A DNA stretch of 64,000 nt from an uncultured Candidatus Rokubacteria bacterium (GCA_963840495.1 CAWIZN010000033.1:12049-76048), one strand, 5' to 3'; shown: positions 48,777-58,113, counted from the first letter of the stretch. Notes: generated by a model from the letters alone, not told the origin. Numbers and translations: made by a program.

Positions 48777-50375
48777 TTGGCGAATCCGTTCTGGCGCAAC
48801 GAGAGCCTCGAGACCTATCTCGATCGCTGGGCGACCGAGCGGCCCGACAAGACCGCCATCGTCGACGGGCGCGGCCGGTACACGTATGCGCAGGTCGCGC
48901 GGGACGTCGAGCGGATCGCCCACGGCCTCCGCGCCCATGGCGTGACGCCCGGCAGCGCCATCTCGTGCCAGCTTCCCAACTGGAGCGAGCTGATCCTCCT
49001 GTTCCTCGCGGCAAGCCGGCTCGGCGCCGTGATCAACCCGATCCCCCCCACGTACCGGGCGAGCGAGCTGCGCTTCATGGTGAACCTGCTCGAATCGCGG
49101 GTCATGGTGATCCCCGAGGTCTTCCGCGGCTTCCGCTACACGGACATGCTCGCGGACCTTCGCCATGATCTGCCGACCGTCGAGCACGTGTTCGTGGCGC
49201 GAGGCGCACCGGGCGCGGGCATGCTGCCCTGGGGCGTGCTCGCCGATGCCGCCTGGGAGGCGCGGGCGGGCAGGCAGACGCTTCCGGGAAGCGACCCGAG
49301 CCGTGTGCACGAGGTGGTCTTCACCTCCGGGACGACGGGCGAGCCGAAGGGCGTGATGCACACGCCGAATACCACACTGGCGACCATCTACTCCCTGATC
49401 GAGCGGCTCGGCTTCTCCGAGCGCGACGTCATCCTGATGTCCTCCACGCTCGCCCATCAGACCGGGTATCTCTACGGGTACTGCCTCAATTTCCTGCTCG
49501 GGGCAACGGCGGTGTTTCTCGACATCTGGAATGTCGAGGAGGCGGCGCGGCTGATCGAGACGGAGCGCGTCACCTTCACCATGGGCGCCACCCCGTTCCT
49601 CCAGGACCTGACCTATGCGTCGACGACGCGCGACCTGTCGTCCCTCCGGCTCTTCATCTCGGCGGGGGCGTCGATCCCGCGCCCGCTCGTGAAGGACGCG
49701 CGGGCGCGGCTCGGCTGCGTGATCTCCGCGGGCTGGGGCATGACGGAGAACGGGCTCGCGACGTGCAACGGCCTCACCGACCCGGAGGAAAAGGTCGTCG
49801 GCACCGACGGCCTCCCGCTCCCCGGCATGGCCCTGCGCGTCGTCGACGACGCCGAACGCGACGTCCCCACGGGCAGCGAGGGTGATCTCCTCGTCAAGGG
49901 GCCCGCGCAGTTCGTCGGGTACTGGAAGCGCCCTGAATTCACCCGCGAGGGCCATACCGCCGACGGCTGGTTCAAGACGGGGGATCGCGCGACGCTCGAT
50001 CCCGACGGGTACGTCTCCATCACCGGGCGGTCCAAGGACGTGATCATCCGCGGCGGGGAGAATATCCCGGTAGCCGAGGTCGAGAACGCGCTCTTCACCC
50101 ATCCCAAGGTCGCGGGCGTCGCCGTCGTCGCCATGCCCGATCCGCGGTTGCAGGAGCGGGCCTGCGCCTTCGTGATCCCGAAGGATGGCGAGACGGTGAC
50201 TCTCGCCGATCTGGTGGCTCACCTCGACGCCAAACAACTCGCGAAGATGAAGTTCCCGGAGCGCCTCGAGATCGTCTCGGAGTTCCCGATGACGCCGAGC
50301 GGGAAGGTCCAGAAGTACCGCCTCCGTCAGATCGTGAAGGAAAAGATCGAGACGGAGGCGCGGCAACCCCGCTGA
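48777..50375 (+). CDS. AMP-dependent acyl-CoA synthetase/ligase (AliA-like)
   Basis: TTG start. AMP-binding motif FTSGTTGEPKGV, ..GWGMTE.., ..GDLLVKG..GYW.., ..DGWFKTGD.., PSGKVQK. Confidence 0.7.
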   Translation: MANPFWRNESLETYLDRWATERPDKTAIVDGRGRYTYAQVARDVERIAHGLRAHGVTPGSAISCQLPNWSELILLFLAASRLGAVINPIPPTYRASELRFMVNLLESRVMVIPEVFRGFRYTDMLADLRHDLPTVEHVFVARGAPGAGMLPWGVLADAAWEARAGRQTLPGSDPSRVHEVVFTSGTTGEPKGVMHTPNTTLATIYSLIERLGFSERDVILMSSTLAHQTGYLYGYCLNFLLGATAVFLDIWNVEEAARLIETERVTFTMGATPFLQDLTYASTTRDLSSLRLFISAGASIPRPLVKDARARLGCVISAGWGMTENGLATCNGLTDPEEKVVGTDGLPLPGMALRVVDDAERDVPTGSEGDLLVKGPAQFVGYWKRPEFTREGHTADGWFKTGDRATLDPDGYVSITGRSKDVIIRGGENIPVAEVENALFTHPKVAGVAVVAMPDPRLQERACAFVIPKDGETVTLADLVAHLDAKQLAKMKFPERLEIVSEFPMTPSGKVQKYRLRQIVKEKIETEARQPR

Positions 50376-50376
50376 G

Positions 50377-51141
50377 ATGGCGGAGACGCTGCCGCTCGCG
50401 GGGCGGGTCGCCCTGGTCACGGGGGCGAGCCGCGGCATCGGCCGCGCCGTCGCCCTGGCGCTCGGCGCCGCGGGCGCCGCGGTGGCATGCTGCGCGCGCT
50501 CCGCGGAGCAGGTCGAGGCGACGGCGGCGGAGGTCAGCGGACATGGCGGCCGCGCGCGCGGCTTCCGGCTCGACGTCACCCGCCGGAACGAGATCGACAC
50601 CGTCGTGGCGGACATCGGCGCCGCGCTCGGTCCGATCGACATCCTCGTCAACAATGCGGGCATCACGCTCGACAAGCGGTCCGTCGAGGTCACCGACGAG
50701 GAGTGGGACGACGTCCTCGCGACCAACCTCACCTCGACGTTCAAGCTGGCGCGCGCGGTCGCGCCGGGCATGATGGAGCAGCGCCGGGGCAAGATCATCA
50801 ATATCGGCTCGATGTACGGCAAGATCGGCGTCCCGCGCTACGCCGCCTACTGCGCGAGCAAGGCCGCGGTGGAGGCCCTCACGCGGAGCCTCGCCGTCGA
50901 GTGGGCGCGCCACGGCATCCAGGTCAACTGCCTCGCTCCCGGGTACGTCAACACGGACATCCCGCGGGAGGCCATGGCCGACGAGAAGCTCCGGACGCTC
51001 TTTCTGTCCAGGGTCCCGGCCCGCCGGATCGGCGAGCCGGAGGAGGTCGCCACGCTCGCCGTCTATCTGGCCTCGGCGGCCTCGGACTTCATGACCGGGC
51101 AAACCGTCTATCTCGACGGGGGCCAGACCATCGCGTGGTAA
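50377..51141 (+). CDS. SDR-family oxidoreductase (3-hydroxyacyl-CoA / BadH-like dehydrogenase)
   Basis: TGASRGIGRA Rossmann motif, NNAG, catalytic S..YxxxK (YCASKAA). Confidence 0.7.
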   Translation: MAETLPLAGRVALVTGASRGIGRAVALALGAAGAAVACCARSAEQVEATAAEVSGHGGRARGFRLDVTRRNEIDTVVADIGAALGPIDILVNNAGITLDKRSVEVTDEEWDDVLATNLTSTFKLARAVAPGMMEQRRGKIINIGSMYGKIGVPRYAAYCASKAAVEALTRSLAVEWARHGIQVNCLAPGYVNTDIPREAMADEKLRTLFLSRVPARRIGEPEEVATLAVYLASAASDFMTGQTVYLDGGQTIAW

Positions 51142-51162
51142 TCGCCGCATGAGGAGACCTCA

Positions 51163-51960
51163 ATGGAGCTAAATCTGCGCAACAAGAGCGTCATCGTCAC
51201 GGGCGGCGGATCCAATATCGGCCGGGCCATCAGCCTGGCATTCGCCCGCGAGCGCGTGCACCTGAGCGTCGCCGAGATCGACGAGGGCCAGGGGGAGAAG
51301 ACCGCCGCCGAGGCTCTGCGTCTGGGCGCCGCCTCCGCCCAGGTGGTCAAGACGGACGTGACGAACTGGGAGAGCGTCCGCGCCATGGTGAAAGCCGTGG
51401 AGGTCCGGCACGGCAAGGTGGACGTGCTCGTCAACAATGTCGGCTGGACCTATGACCGGCTCTTCATGGAGAAGACCCGAGAGGAGTGGGACAAGGAGGT
51501 GCAGCTCAACCTCTGGGGCATGATCAATTGCACGCGCGCCGTCCTCGACGGCATGATCGAGAAGAAGTCGGGCGCCATCGTCAGCATGGGCTCGGACGCC
51601 GGGCGCATGGGAGAGTTCCGCGAGGCGGTGTACGGAGCGTGCAAGGCCGGCATCATCGCGCTCAGCAAGAGCCTCGCTCGCGAGGTGGGGCGCCATGGCA
51701 TCCGGCTCAACGTGGTCTGCCCCGGGATGACCATTCCCGAGTCCGACGACGACATCGGCGGGCTGAGCATGTGGGCGCAGGACGCCAACCGCGCGTTCTC
51801 CACGCCGGAGATGAAGGCGCGGATCGCGAAGGCGTATCCGCTCCGCCGCGTCGGGACACCGGAGGACGTGGCGCCGGCCGTCCTCTTCCTCGCCTCGGAC
51901 GCGGCGAGCTTCGTCACGGGCCAGACGCTCAGCGTGAGCGGCGGCTACACCATGATGTGA
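51163..51960 (+). CDS. SDR-family oxidoreductase (second copy)
   Basis: TGGGSNIGRA, NNVG, YGACKAG catalytic tetrad region. Confidence 0.65.
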   Translation: MELNLRNKSVIVTGGGSNIGRAISLAFARERVHLSVAEIDEGQGEKTAAEALRLGAASAQVVKTDVTNWESVRAMVKAVEVRHGKVDVLVNNVGWTYDRLFMEKTREEWDKEVQLNLWGMINCTRAVLDGMIEKKSGAIVSMGSDAGRMGEFREAVYGACKAGIIALSKSLAREVGRHGIRLNVVCPGMTIPESDDDIGGLSMWAQDANRAFSTPEMKARIAKAYPLRRVGTPEDVAPAVLFLASDAASFVTGQTLSVSGGYTMM

Positions 51961-51983
51961 GCGGCCAGACAGGAGATCACCCG

Positions 51984-52771
51984 ATGGACCTCGCCACCGT
52001 CAAATTCGAGCGTCGACGGCGGGATCGCCCGCGTCGTCCTGAACCGCCCTGCGCAGCTCAATGCCATCAGCCCTTCGCTGCTCGCAAGACCTCGACCGGG
52101 TGTGCGACGAGGTGGAGCGGAACCCCGCCGTGCGCGCGATGACGCTCACCGCCGCGGGGCGCGCCTTCTGCGCGGGCGCCGACCTCAAGGCGGTGCGCGA
52201 GCTGTCGCCGGATCCCGTGAAGTGGAACGAGTTCATGCGCCTGTGGCACCGCGTGTTCAATCGCCTGGAAGCATTGCCCGTCCCCGTCGTCGCGGGGGTC
52301 CACGGCTTCGCCCTCGCCGGCGGCCTCGAGCTGGCGCTCGTCGTCGATCTGGTCGTGGCCGATGAGTCTGCTCGGCTCGGCGATCAGCACGCCAATTTCG
52401 GCCTCGTCGCGGGCGGGGGCGGCAGCCAGCGTCTCCCGCGTCTGATCGGAGCGCGACGGGCCAAGGAGCTGATGCTGCTCGGCGGCTGGCTCAACGCCGC
52501 CCAGTCGCTCGAGTGGGGGCTCGTGAACCGGGTGGCGCCGGCGGGCCGCCTCGAGGCGGAGGTGGACGAGCTGGCGACCTCGCTCGCCGACAAGAGCCCC
52601 TCCGGCAACCGCACGGTCAAGGCGCTCGTCGACCGCGGGCTCGACATGGACCTGGGCAAGGGCCTCGCGCTCGAGCTCGATCTCGTCGCCGAGCACATGC
52701 GCTCTGCCGATGCCGCAGAGGGACTCCGCGCCTTCGCCGAGAAGCGCGCGCCCGTCTTCCGCTCGACGTAG
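51984..52771 (+). CDS. Enoyl-CoA hydratase (crotonase family), two single-base frameshifts within the first 100 nt
   Basis: ATG 51984 (MDLATVKFE..). Correcting frames gives ..VDGGIARVVLNRPAQLNAISPSLL..DLDRVCDEVERNPAVRAMTLTAAGRAFCAGADLK.. ending ..FAEKRAPVFRST. ORF 52061..52771 is the main body. Confidence 0.6.
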
Positions 52772-52955
52772 AGCGATGATAAGGGCCCATCTGCGGAGGT
52801 ACGGCGCCCTCGACAGCCGGCCACGTAACGCGCGAGACAATCGGGCCGACGAACTTTCGTCTGCGGGGCCCAGACATGGCCCGCACTCCCCCTACGCGAG
52901 TACGCCTCGCGTGCTGCCATCGGGCGCCGCCTCGCAGCTGGACCCTTCTCCGCTC
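52771..52955. mobile_element. MITE-like element copy E (inverted orientation relative to D) between the enoyl-CoA hydratase and acyl-CoA dehydrogenase genes
   Basis: Begins gagcgatgataagggcccatctgcggagg and ends ..cctcgcagctggacccttctc. The internal segment is the reverse complement of element D's interior (gtaacgcgcgagacaatcgggccgacgaactttcgtctgcggggcccagacatggcc). Confidence 0.6.
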
Positions 52956-52975
52956 AGGCTCCTAGGAGAAGAGCC

Positions 52976-54127
52976 ATGGACTTCACGCTGACATCCGAGC
53001 AGGACGAGCTGGTCCGCACGCTTCGAGGCTTCGCGAAGAAGGAGCTTGCCCCGCGATCATCCGAGTGGGACCGGAGCGGCGAGTTCCCGTGGGATGCGTG
53101 GAAGAAAATGGGGGAGCTGGGGCTCCTCGGGCTCCGGACCCCTGCGGCCTACGGGGGTCAAGAGGCCGATCTCCTCACCATGGGCATCGCCAGCGAGGAG
53201 ATCGCGCGCGGGGACTTCAGCTGCACCTACGGCATCCAGCTCGCCGGCCTCGCCGGAGAGATCCTGGGGAAGAGCGGCAGCGACGAGATCAAGGCGCGCT
53301 GGTTGCCCTCCACCGCGCGTGGGGAGACCATTGTCGCCCTCGCCCTGACCGAGCCCGGCGTCGGCTCCGACGCCGCCAGCCTGTCCTGTCGCGCCGTGCG
53401 CGACGGCGACGCGTACCTGATCACGGGCGAGAAGTCCGGGATCAGCCTCGGAATGGTCGCGCAGGCGGCTATCGTGTTCGCGCGCACCGACGCCGATGCC
53501 AAGGCGCGGGGCGTGACCGCGTTTCTGGTCCCGCTCGACCTGCCCGGCATCTCGCGAAGCCCCCTCCGGGATCTGGGAACCCGCGCGATAGCGCGCGCCG
53601 TGCTCTCCTTCGATCACGTCCGGGTCCCGGCGTCCCACCGGCTCGGAGCGGAGGGCACGGGCTTCTATCAGGTCATGCAGGGCTTCGACTACAACCGAGT
53701 CCTCATCGCGCTCTCCTGCCTCGGCGTGGCGCAGATTTCCCTCGAGGAGACCATGGCCTACGTGAAGGAGCGCCGGACGTTCGGGCGAGCACTCGCCACC
53801 TACGAAGGCGTATCGTTTCCCATCGCGGAGGCGGCGACGCATGTCGACGCGTGCCGGCTGCTCTCGTACCGCGCGCTCTGGCTTGCCGACCGCGGCGAGC
53901 CATATACGAAGGAATCGGCGATGGTGAAGTGGTGGGGGCCGAAGCTCTCGGTGGAGACCATCCATCAGTGCCTGCTGCTCCACGGCCACTACGGCTATAC
54001 CGACGAGCTGCCGTTCGAACAGCGCCTGCGGGACGTGATCGGGCTCGAGATCGGGGACGGAACCGCCGAGATCATGAAGGTCGTCGTCGCTCGCGAGCTG
54101 ATGGGGCGCGCGAGCCTGCCCTACTAG
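52976..54127 (+). CDS. Acyl-CoA dehydrogenase
   Basis: 383 aa. ..ALTEPGVGSDAASL.. and a C-terminal ..DVIGLEIGDGTAEIMKVVVAREL.. (catalytic Glu region). Confidence 0.7.
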   Translation: MDFTLTSEQDELVRTLRGFAKKELAPRSSEWDRSGEFPWDAWKKMGELGLLGLRTPAAYGGQEADLLTMGIASEEIARGDFSCTYGIQLAGLAGEILGKSGSDEIKARWLPSTARGETIVALALTEPGVGSDAASLSCRAVRDGDAYLITGEKSGISLGMVAQAAIVFARTDADAKARGVTAFLVPLDLPGISRSPLRDLGTRAIARAVLSFDHVRVPASHRLGAEGTGFYQVMQGFDYNRVLIALSCLGVAQISLEETMAYVKERRTFGRALATYEGVSFPIAEAATHVDACRLLSYRALWLADRGEPYTKESAMVKWWGPKLSVETIHQCLLLHGHYGYTDELPFEQRLRDVIGLEIGDGTAEIMKVVVARELMGRASLPY

Positions 54128-54167
54128 TCCGCCCCGCACCGGCCTCGAGCCCGCCGGAAAAGAGAAA

Positions 54168-54196
54168 GGGCTCCAGGGGTTACCCCCTGGAGCCCT
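54168..54196. terminator. Bidirectional intrinsic-terminator hairpin GGGCTCCAGGGG-tta-CCCCTGGAGCCC
   Basis: Perfect 12-bp GC-rich inverted repeat between the convergent acyl-CoA dehydrogenase gene and the repeat-protein gene fragment, preceded by an A-rich and followed by a T-containing tract. Copy 2 at 56929..56956. Confidence 0.6.
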
Positions 54197-54215
54197 GCTA
54201 TTGCTGACGGCGTAC

Positions 54216-54650
54216 TTACTTCTTCAGCAGGGCCATCGCGGCCTTGGCCTTCTCGGAGGCCACGTCGGCCTTGCCGGCCTTGCAAGCGGCCTCAGCCTCG
54301 GTCACGAGCGCCGTGGCCTTCTTCGTGTCGGCGCCGCGAGTAGCGGCAGCAGCCTGAGTCTTGCCATCCTGACTCCGAGGAGACTGGATGTCCTGGCTCC
54401 GCGGCGACTGGATGTCCTGGCTCCGCGGCGACTGGATGTCCTGGCTCCGAGGCGACTGGACGTCCTGGCTGCGCGGCGACTGGATGTCCTGGCTCCGCGG
54501 CGACTGGATGTCCTGGCTCCGGGGCGACTGGATGTCCTGGCTCCGCGGCGACTGGATGTCCTGGCTCCGGGGCGACTGGATGTCCTGGCTCCGCGGCGCC
54601 TGCACGTCCTGGCTCCGGGGCGACTGGATGTCCTGACTCCGCGGCGCCTG
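54216..54650 (-). pseudogene. 5'-truncated second copy of the SPRSQDIQ-repeat protein gene (3' 435 bp only), truncated by the IS element
   Basis: Encodes ..(SPRSQDIQ)x11..GKTQAAAATRGADTKKATALVTEAEAACKAGKADVASEKAKAAMALLKK*. ~520 bp are near-identical to 56912..57590. The frame runs into the IS left end with no start. Confidence 0.5.
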
Positions 54651-56888
54651 CTAGCTAGTTTCTGTGTCGAAAAAGAAATAGTCTAATAGGGCAAGTGGTT
54701 ACGGCGCAGATCGCCGTGTTGGCCGCGGGGCCCTCGCCTCCATTTCATTGGGATTTGGCGCGCGGCGCGGCCCGACGGGCGCGCCTTGCGGCGCACGCGA
54801 GGGCGGACGGGCGCCGTCCCGAACCGCAGCGCGGCCAGCTCCAAGCCCGCCGCGATCCACGCCTCCACGAGGGTGCGCAGCCGCTCGTAGGTGCGCAACT
54901 GCTGCCGCGTCGTCGCCACGTTCTCGCGGCGCACGAACTGCGTGTGGCTGCGCCCCTGCCAGGTGAAGCTCACCTGGTAGTACGGCCCGTGCTTGCGCGG
55001 GGGATCGGCCTTGCACGCACAGCCGGCCTTGCCGCACACGTTGTACTGTTCGGAGAGCGTGCCCGGCCGGAGGTCGCCCAGCGTCAGCAGTTCCTGCTTC
55101 AGCGTCGTCGATCTTCGCTTCCAGATGGGCCTGGCGGGTCCCTGTCGTCATCGCGGCCCTCATCGTAGCGCGAAATCGTGTTGACGCGGTGCGGGCCGAC
55201 GCAGTAGAATCCGGCAGCATTATAGTGCTGTCGGGTCCATTCCTTCACTCGGAGAGCGTGCCGATGCGTCTGTCCTGTCCGCCCGCAGCCCAGCTTCGCC
55301 GACCTCGAACTGCAGCGGCAGGGCCTCGCCGTGGATGCCACCCTGCACGCGATCGGCGAGCTCCTCGATGCGCAGCCCGGATTGGTCGACCTGGTCCGCC
55401 AGGATTTGGTGCGCGACTTGCGCCAGCCCCACACCGGGCGCGACGGCCTCACGGCCGAGCAGACGCTGCGCGCCTACGTGTTGAAGCACGTGAAGAACTG
55501 GGATCTGCGGGAGCTGCGCGAGCGCACCGCCGATGGCTTCACCCTGCGCGACTTCACGCGGTTCTTCAGTGCCCCCGTGCCCACGCACAAGGCGTTCCAC
55601 CGCGCGTTCTGTCGGCTGCGGCCCGAGACCGTGCGCGCCCTCAACGAGGCCGTGGTGCGCGCGGCCGTGGCGCAGGGGCTGGAGGATGGCCACCAGCTCC
55701 GCTCCGACACGACGGTCGTGGAGACGAACATCCACTTCCCGACCGACTCGGGCTTGCTGTGGGATGGGGTGCGCGTGCTCACGCGCCTCGTCGGCAAGCT
55801 GCAGGCGTTGCTGCCCGAGCTGGCGGTCCCTTTCGTCAACCATACGCGCCGGGCCCGCCGCCGGATGCAGGAGATCGAGCGGCTGACGCCCACGCAGCGC
55901 CAGACGCAGCAGGTCCCCAAGTACCGCGCCTTGATCACGCTCACGACGACAGGTCCTCGCCGCCGCCCGCGCGGTGGCCGCGGCGGCGCGCGCCGCGCCG
56001 GGCCCCGATCCGCTCACCGGCATCCAGGTGGACGCCCTGGCGACGGAGATCACCACGTATGGCGAGCGGATTGATCGGGTGATCGCGCAGGCGCGCCGCC
56101 GCGTCCTGCAGGGCGAGACGGTGGCCACCGCGGACAAGCTCTTCTCGATCTTCGAGCCCCACACGGACCTGATCAAGCGCGGCAAGGCCCAGCGGCCCGT
56201 GGAGTTCGGCCACAAAGTCCTCCTGAGCGAGAGCGGGCACGGCCTGATCACCGACTACCGCGTGCTCGAGGGCAATCCCACAGACGATCAACACGTCGCC
56301 CCGTCGCTGGCGCACCACATCGCGCTCTTCGGGGGCCCGCCCACGCTCGCGGCGCACGACCGCGGCTTCTACAGCCTCGCGGCGATCGAGGCCTGTCAGG
56401 CCGCGGGCGTGACCACCGAGTGCATCCCGCAGCGCGGCGGCCGCAAGACGCCGGAGCGGGCGGCGCATGAGAAGAGCCGCGCGTTTCGCCGCGGCCAACG
56501 CTTTCGCGCCGGCATTGAAGGGCGGATCTCGGTGCTCTTCCGCGGGCGGGGGATGAAGCGCTGTCTGCTGCACGGGCGCGAGCGCTTCGAGCTCTTCGTC
56601 GGGCTCGCCGTGCTCGCCAACAACTTGCTGGTCATCGCCGACTTGCGTCAAGCGGCGCGCGGCGCGGAGACGGCGCGCCGCGTAGCCGCTCTCTTCGTCT
56701 GCCGGCGCGCCGGAGCAGCGGTCGACGTCTCGGTCTCGGCATCGGCGCGCGCGGTCCGTGCCCTCATCAACCCCCACGCATGTCTCTTCACGCTGTTCGA
56801 AACTCGTCGTACATCTCTGGCGGGTCACCGTCTCCTGAGTCTCTGGCTTTTCCCACACTTCAGCTGTTTCGACACAGAAACTAGCTAG
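54651..56888 (+). mobile_element. Insertion sequence (~2.2 kb) with 22-bp TIRs CTAGCTAGTTTCTGTGTCGAAA, possible CTAG target duplication, and a DDE (DDE_Tnp_1, IS4/IS5-superfamily-like) transposase
   Basis: Left end ctagctagtttctgtgtcgaaa (54651..) and right end tttcgacacagaaactagctag (..56888) are perfect inverted repeats. Internal ORFs 55264/55331..56074 and 55974..56888 encode a transposase with HFPTDSGLLWD and HDRGFYS DDE motifs. A minus-strand ORF 54683..55039 (Cys-rich, 118 aa) lies in the left arm. Confidence 0.7.
55264..56888 (+). CDS. DDE transposase of the IS element, interrupted by at least two frameshifts (~55295 and ~55975). The tail beyond ~56650 is probably a stop-less artefact.
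   Basis: MRLSCPPAAQ.. shifts into ..SFADLELQRQGLAVDATLHAIGELLD..ETNIHFPTDSGLLWD.., then shifts again into ..IQVDALATEITTYGERIDRVIAQ..EFGHKVLLSESGHGLITDYRVLEGNPTDDQHV..AHDRGFYS... Confidence 0.5.
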
Positions 56889-56928
56889 CCGCCCGGCCGT
56901 AGAGACTCGGCGGAGCGAAAAAGAGAAA

Positions 56929-56956
56929 GGGCTCCAGGGGTGACCCCCTGGAGCTC
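56929..56956. terminator. Intrinsic-terminator hairpin GGGCTCCAGGGG-tga-CCCCTGGAGCTC downstream of the repeat-protein gene
   Basis: 12-bp inverted repeat (one mismatch), duplicate of the hairpin at 54168. Confidence 0.55.
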
Positions 56957-56976
56957 TGCTATTGCGGACGACGTCG

Positions 56977-58113
56977 TTACTTCTTCAGCAAAGACATCGC
57001 GGCCTTGGCCTTCTCGGAGGCCACGTCAGCTTTGCCGGCCTTGCACGCGGCCTCGGCCTCGTTCACGAGCGCCGTGGCCTTCTTGGTGTCGGCTCCGCGA
57101 GTAGCGGCAGCAGCCTGAGTCTTGCCATCCTGACTCCGAGGAGACTGGATGTCCTGGCTCCGCGGCGACTGGATGTCCTGGCTCCGCGGCGACTGGATGT
57201 CCTGGCTCCGCGGCGACTGGATGTCCTGGCTCCGCGGCGACTGGATGTCCTGGCTCCGCGGCGACTGCATGTCCTGGCTCCGCGGCGACTGGATGTCCTG
57301 GCTCCGCGGCGACTGGATGTCCTGGCTGCGGGGCGACTGGATGTCCTGGCTCCGCGGCGACTGGATGTCCTGGCTCCGCGGCGACTGGATGTCCTGGCTC
57401 CGCGGCGACTGGATGTCCTGGCTGCGCGGCGACTGGATGTCCTGGCTCCGCGGCGACTGGATGTCCTGGCTCCGGGGCGACTGGATGTCCTGACTCCGCG
57501 GCGCCTGCACGTCCTGGCTCCGCGGCGACTGGATGTCCTGACTCCGCGGCGCCTGCACGTCCTGGCTACGCGCACCCGCTAGCGAGCGGGGAGCCTGGAT
57601 GTCCTGCGTGCGAGGGGACTGCACATCCTGGCTGCGCGGCGACTGGATGTTCTGGCTCCGGGGCGACTGGATGTCCTGGCTCCGCGGCGACTGGATGTCC
57701 TGGCTCCGGGGCGACTGGATGTCCTGGCTCCGCGGCGCCTGCACGTCCTGGCTGCGCGGCGACTGGATGTCCTGGCTCCGCGGCGCCTGCACGTCCTGAC
57801 TACGCGCACCCGCTAGCGAGCGGGGAGCCTGGATATCCTGCGAGCGAGGGGACTGCACATCCTGGCTGCGCGGCGCCTGAATGTTCTGGCTCCGGGGCGA
57901 CTGGATGTCCTGGCTACGAGGGGACTGCACGTCCTGCCGCGCTCCCGCCAGGGACCGCGGGGCCTGGACCTCATCCGTCCGCGCCGTCATCTGCTTCAGC
58001 ATCGCCTTGGCCGCGTCGACATCCGGGCAAGAGGCGGTCTGAGCCGAGCCAACGGTCGGGGAAAACGAGACGAGGAACGCGAAACTCAACACTGCGGAAA
58101 TTGCCTTCTTCAT
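56977..58113 (-). CDS. Secreted tandem-repeat protein: signal peptide, short Cys-containing N-terminal domain, ~34 octapeptide repeats (SPRSQDIQ/APRSQDVQ), Lys/Ala-rich C-terminal tail
   Basis: ATG (cat 58111..58113) after AAAGGA gives MKKAISAVLSFAFLVSFSPTVGSAQTASCPDVDAAKAMLKQM.. It is followed by 24-bp units (ctggatgtcctggctccgcggcga on the + strand) and ends ..GKTQAAAATRGADTKKATALVNEAEAACKAGKADVASEKAKAAMSLLKK*. The upstream extension to 58188 is rejected. Confidence 0.65.
   Translation of the reverse strand: MKKAISAVLSFAFLVSFSPTVGSAQTASCPDVDAAKAMLKQMTARTDEVQAPRSLAGARQDVQSPRSQDIQSPRSQNIQAPRSQDVQSPRSQDIQAPRSLAGARSQDVQAPRSQDIQSPRSQDVQAPRSQDIQSPRSQDIQSPRSQDIQSPRSQNIQSPRSQDVQSPRTQDIQAPRSLAGARSQDVQAPRSQDIQSPRSQDVQAPRSQDIQSPRSQDIQSPRSQDIQSPRSQDIQSPRSQDIQSPRSQDIQSPRSQDIQSPRSQDIQSPRSQDIQSPRSQDMQSPRSQDIQSPRSQDIQSPRSQDIQSPRSQDIQSPRSQDIQSPRSQDGKTQAAAATRGADTKKATALVNEAEAACKAGKADVASEKAKAAMSLLKK
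57125..57950. repeat. ~34 copies of a 24-bp coding tandem repeat with very few variants (ctggaCgtcc, cTgcatgtcc, cgcgGggcgac, cgcgCacccgctagcgagcggg spacer-like variants at 57560 and 57800)
   Basis: Direct inspection. The unit CTGGATGTCCTGGCTCCGCGGCGA repeats head-to-tail. Two longer variant units (gctacgcgcacccgctagcgagcggggagcctggat..) occur about every 10 units. Not CRISPR: no unique spacers, and the repeats are in-frame coding. Confidence 0.8.

Noticed and set aside
57149-57493. ORFs on the opposite strand of the repeat array (MSWLRGDW.. and the Arg-rich 57063..57575 ORF)
   Set aside because: These are mirror artefacts of the tandem repeat. The sense frame has a signal peptide, a ribosome-binding site and a terminator.
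57125-57950. Possible CRISPR array (regular 24-bp direct repeats)
   Set aside because: There are no unique spacers. The units are contiguous, in frame, and encode the SPRSQDIQ octapeptide of a signal-peptide protein. No cas genes are present.
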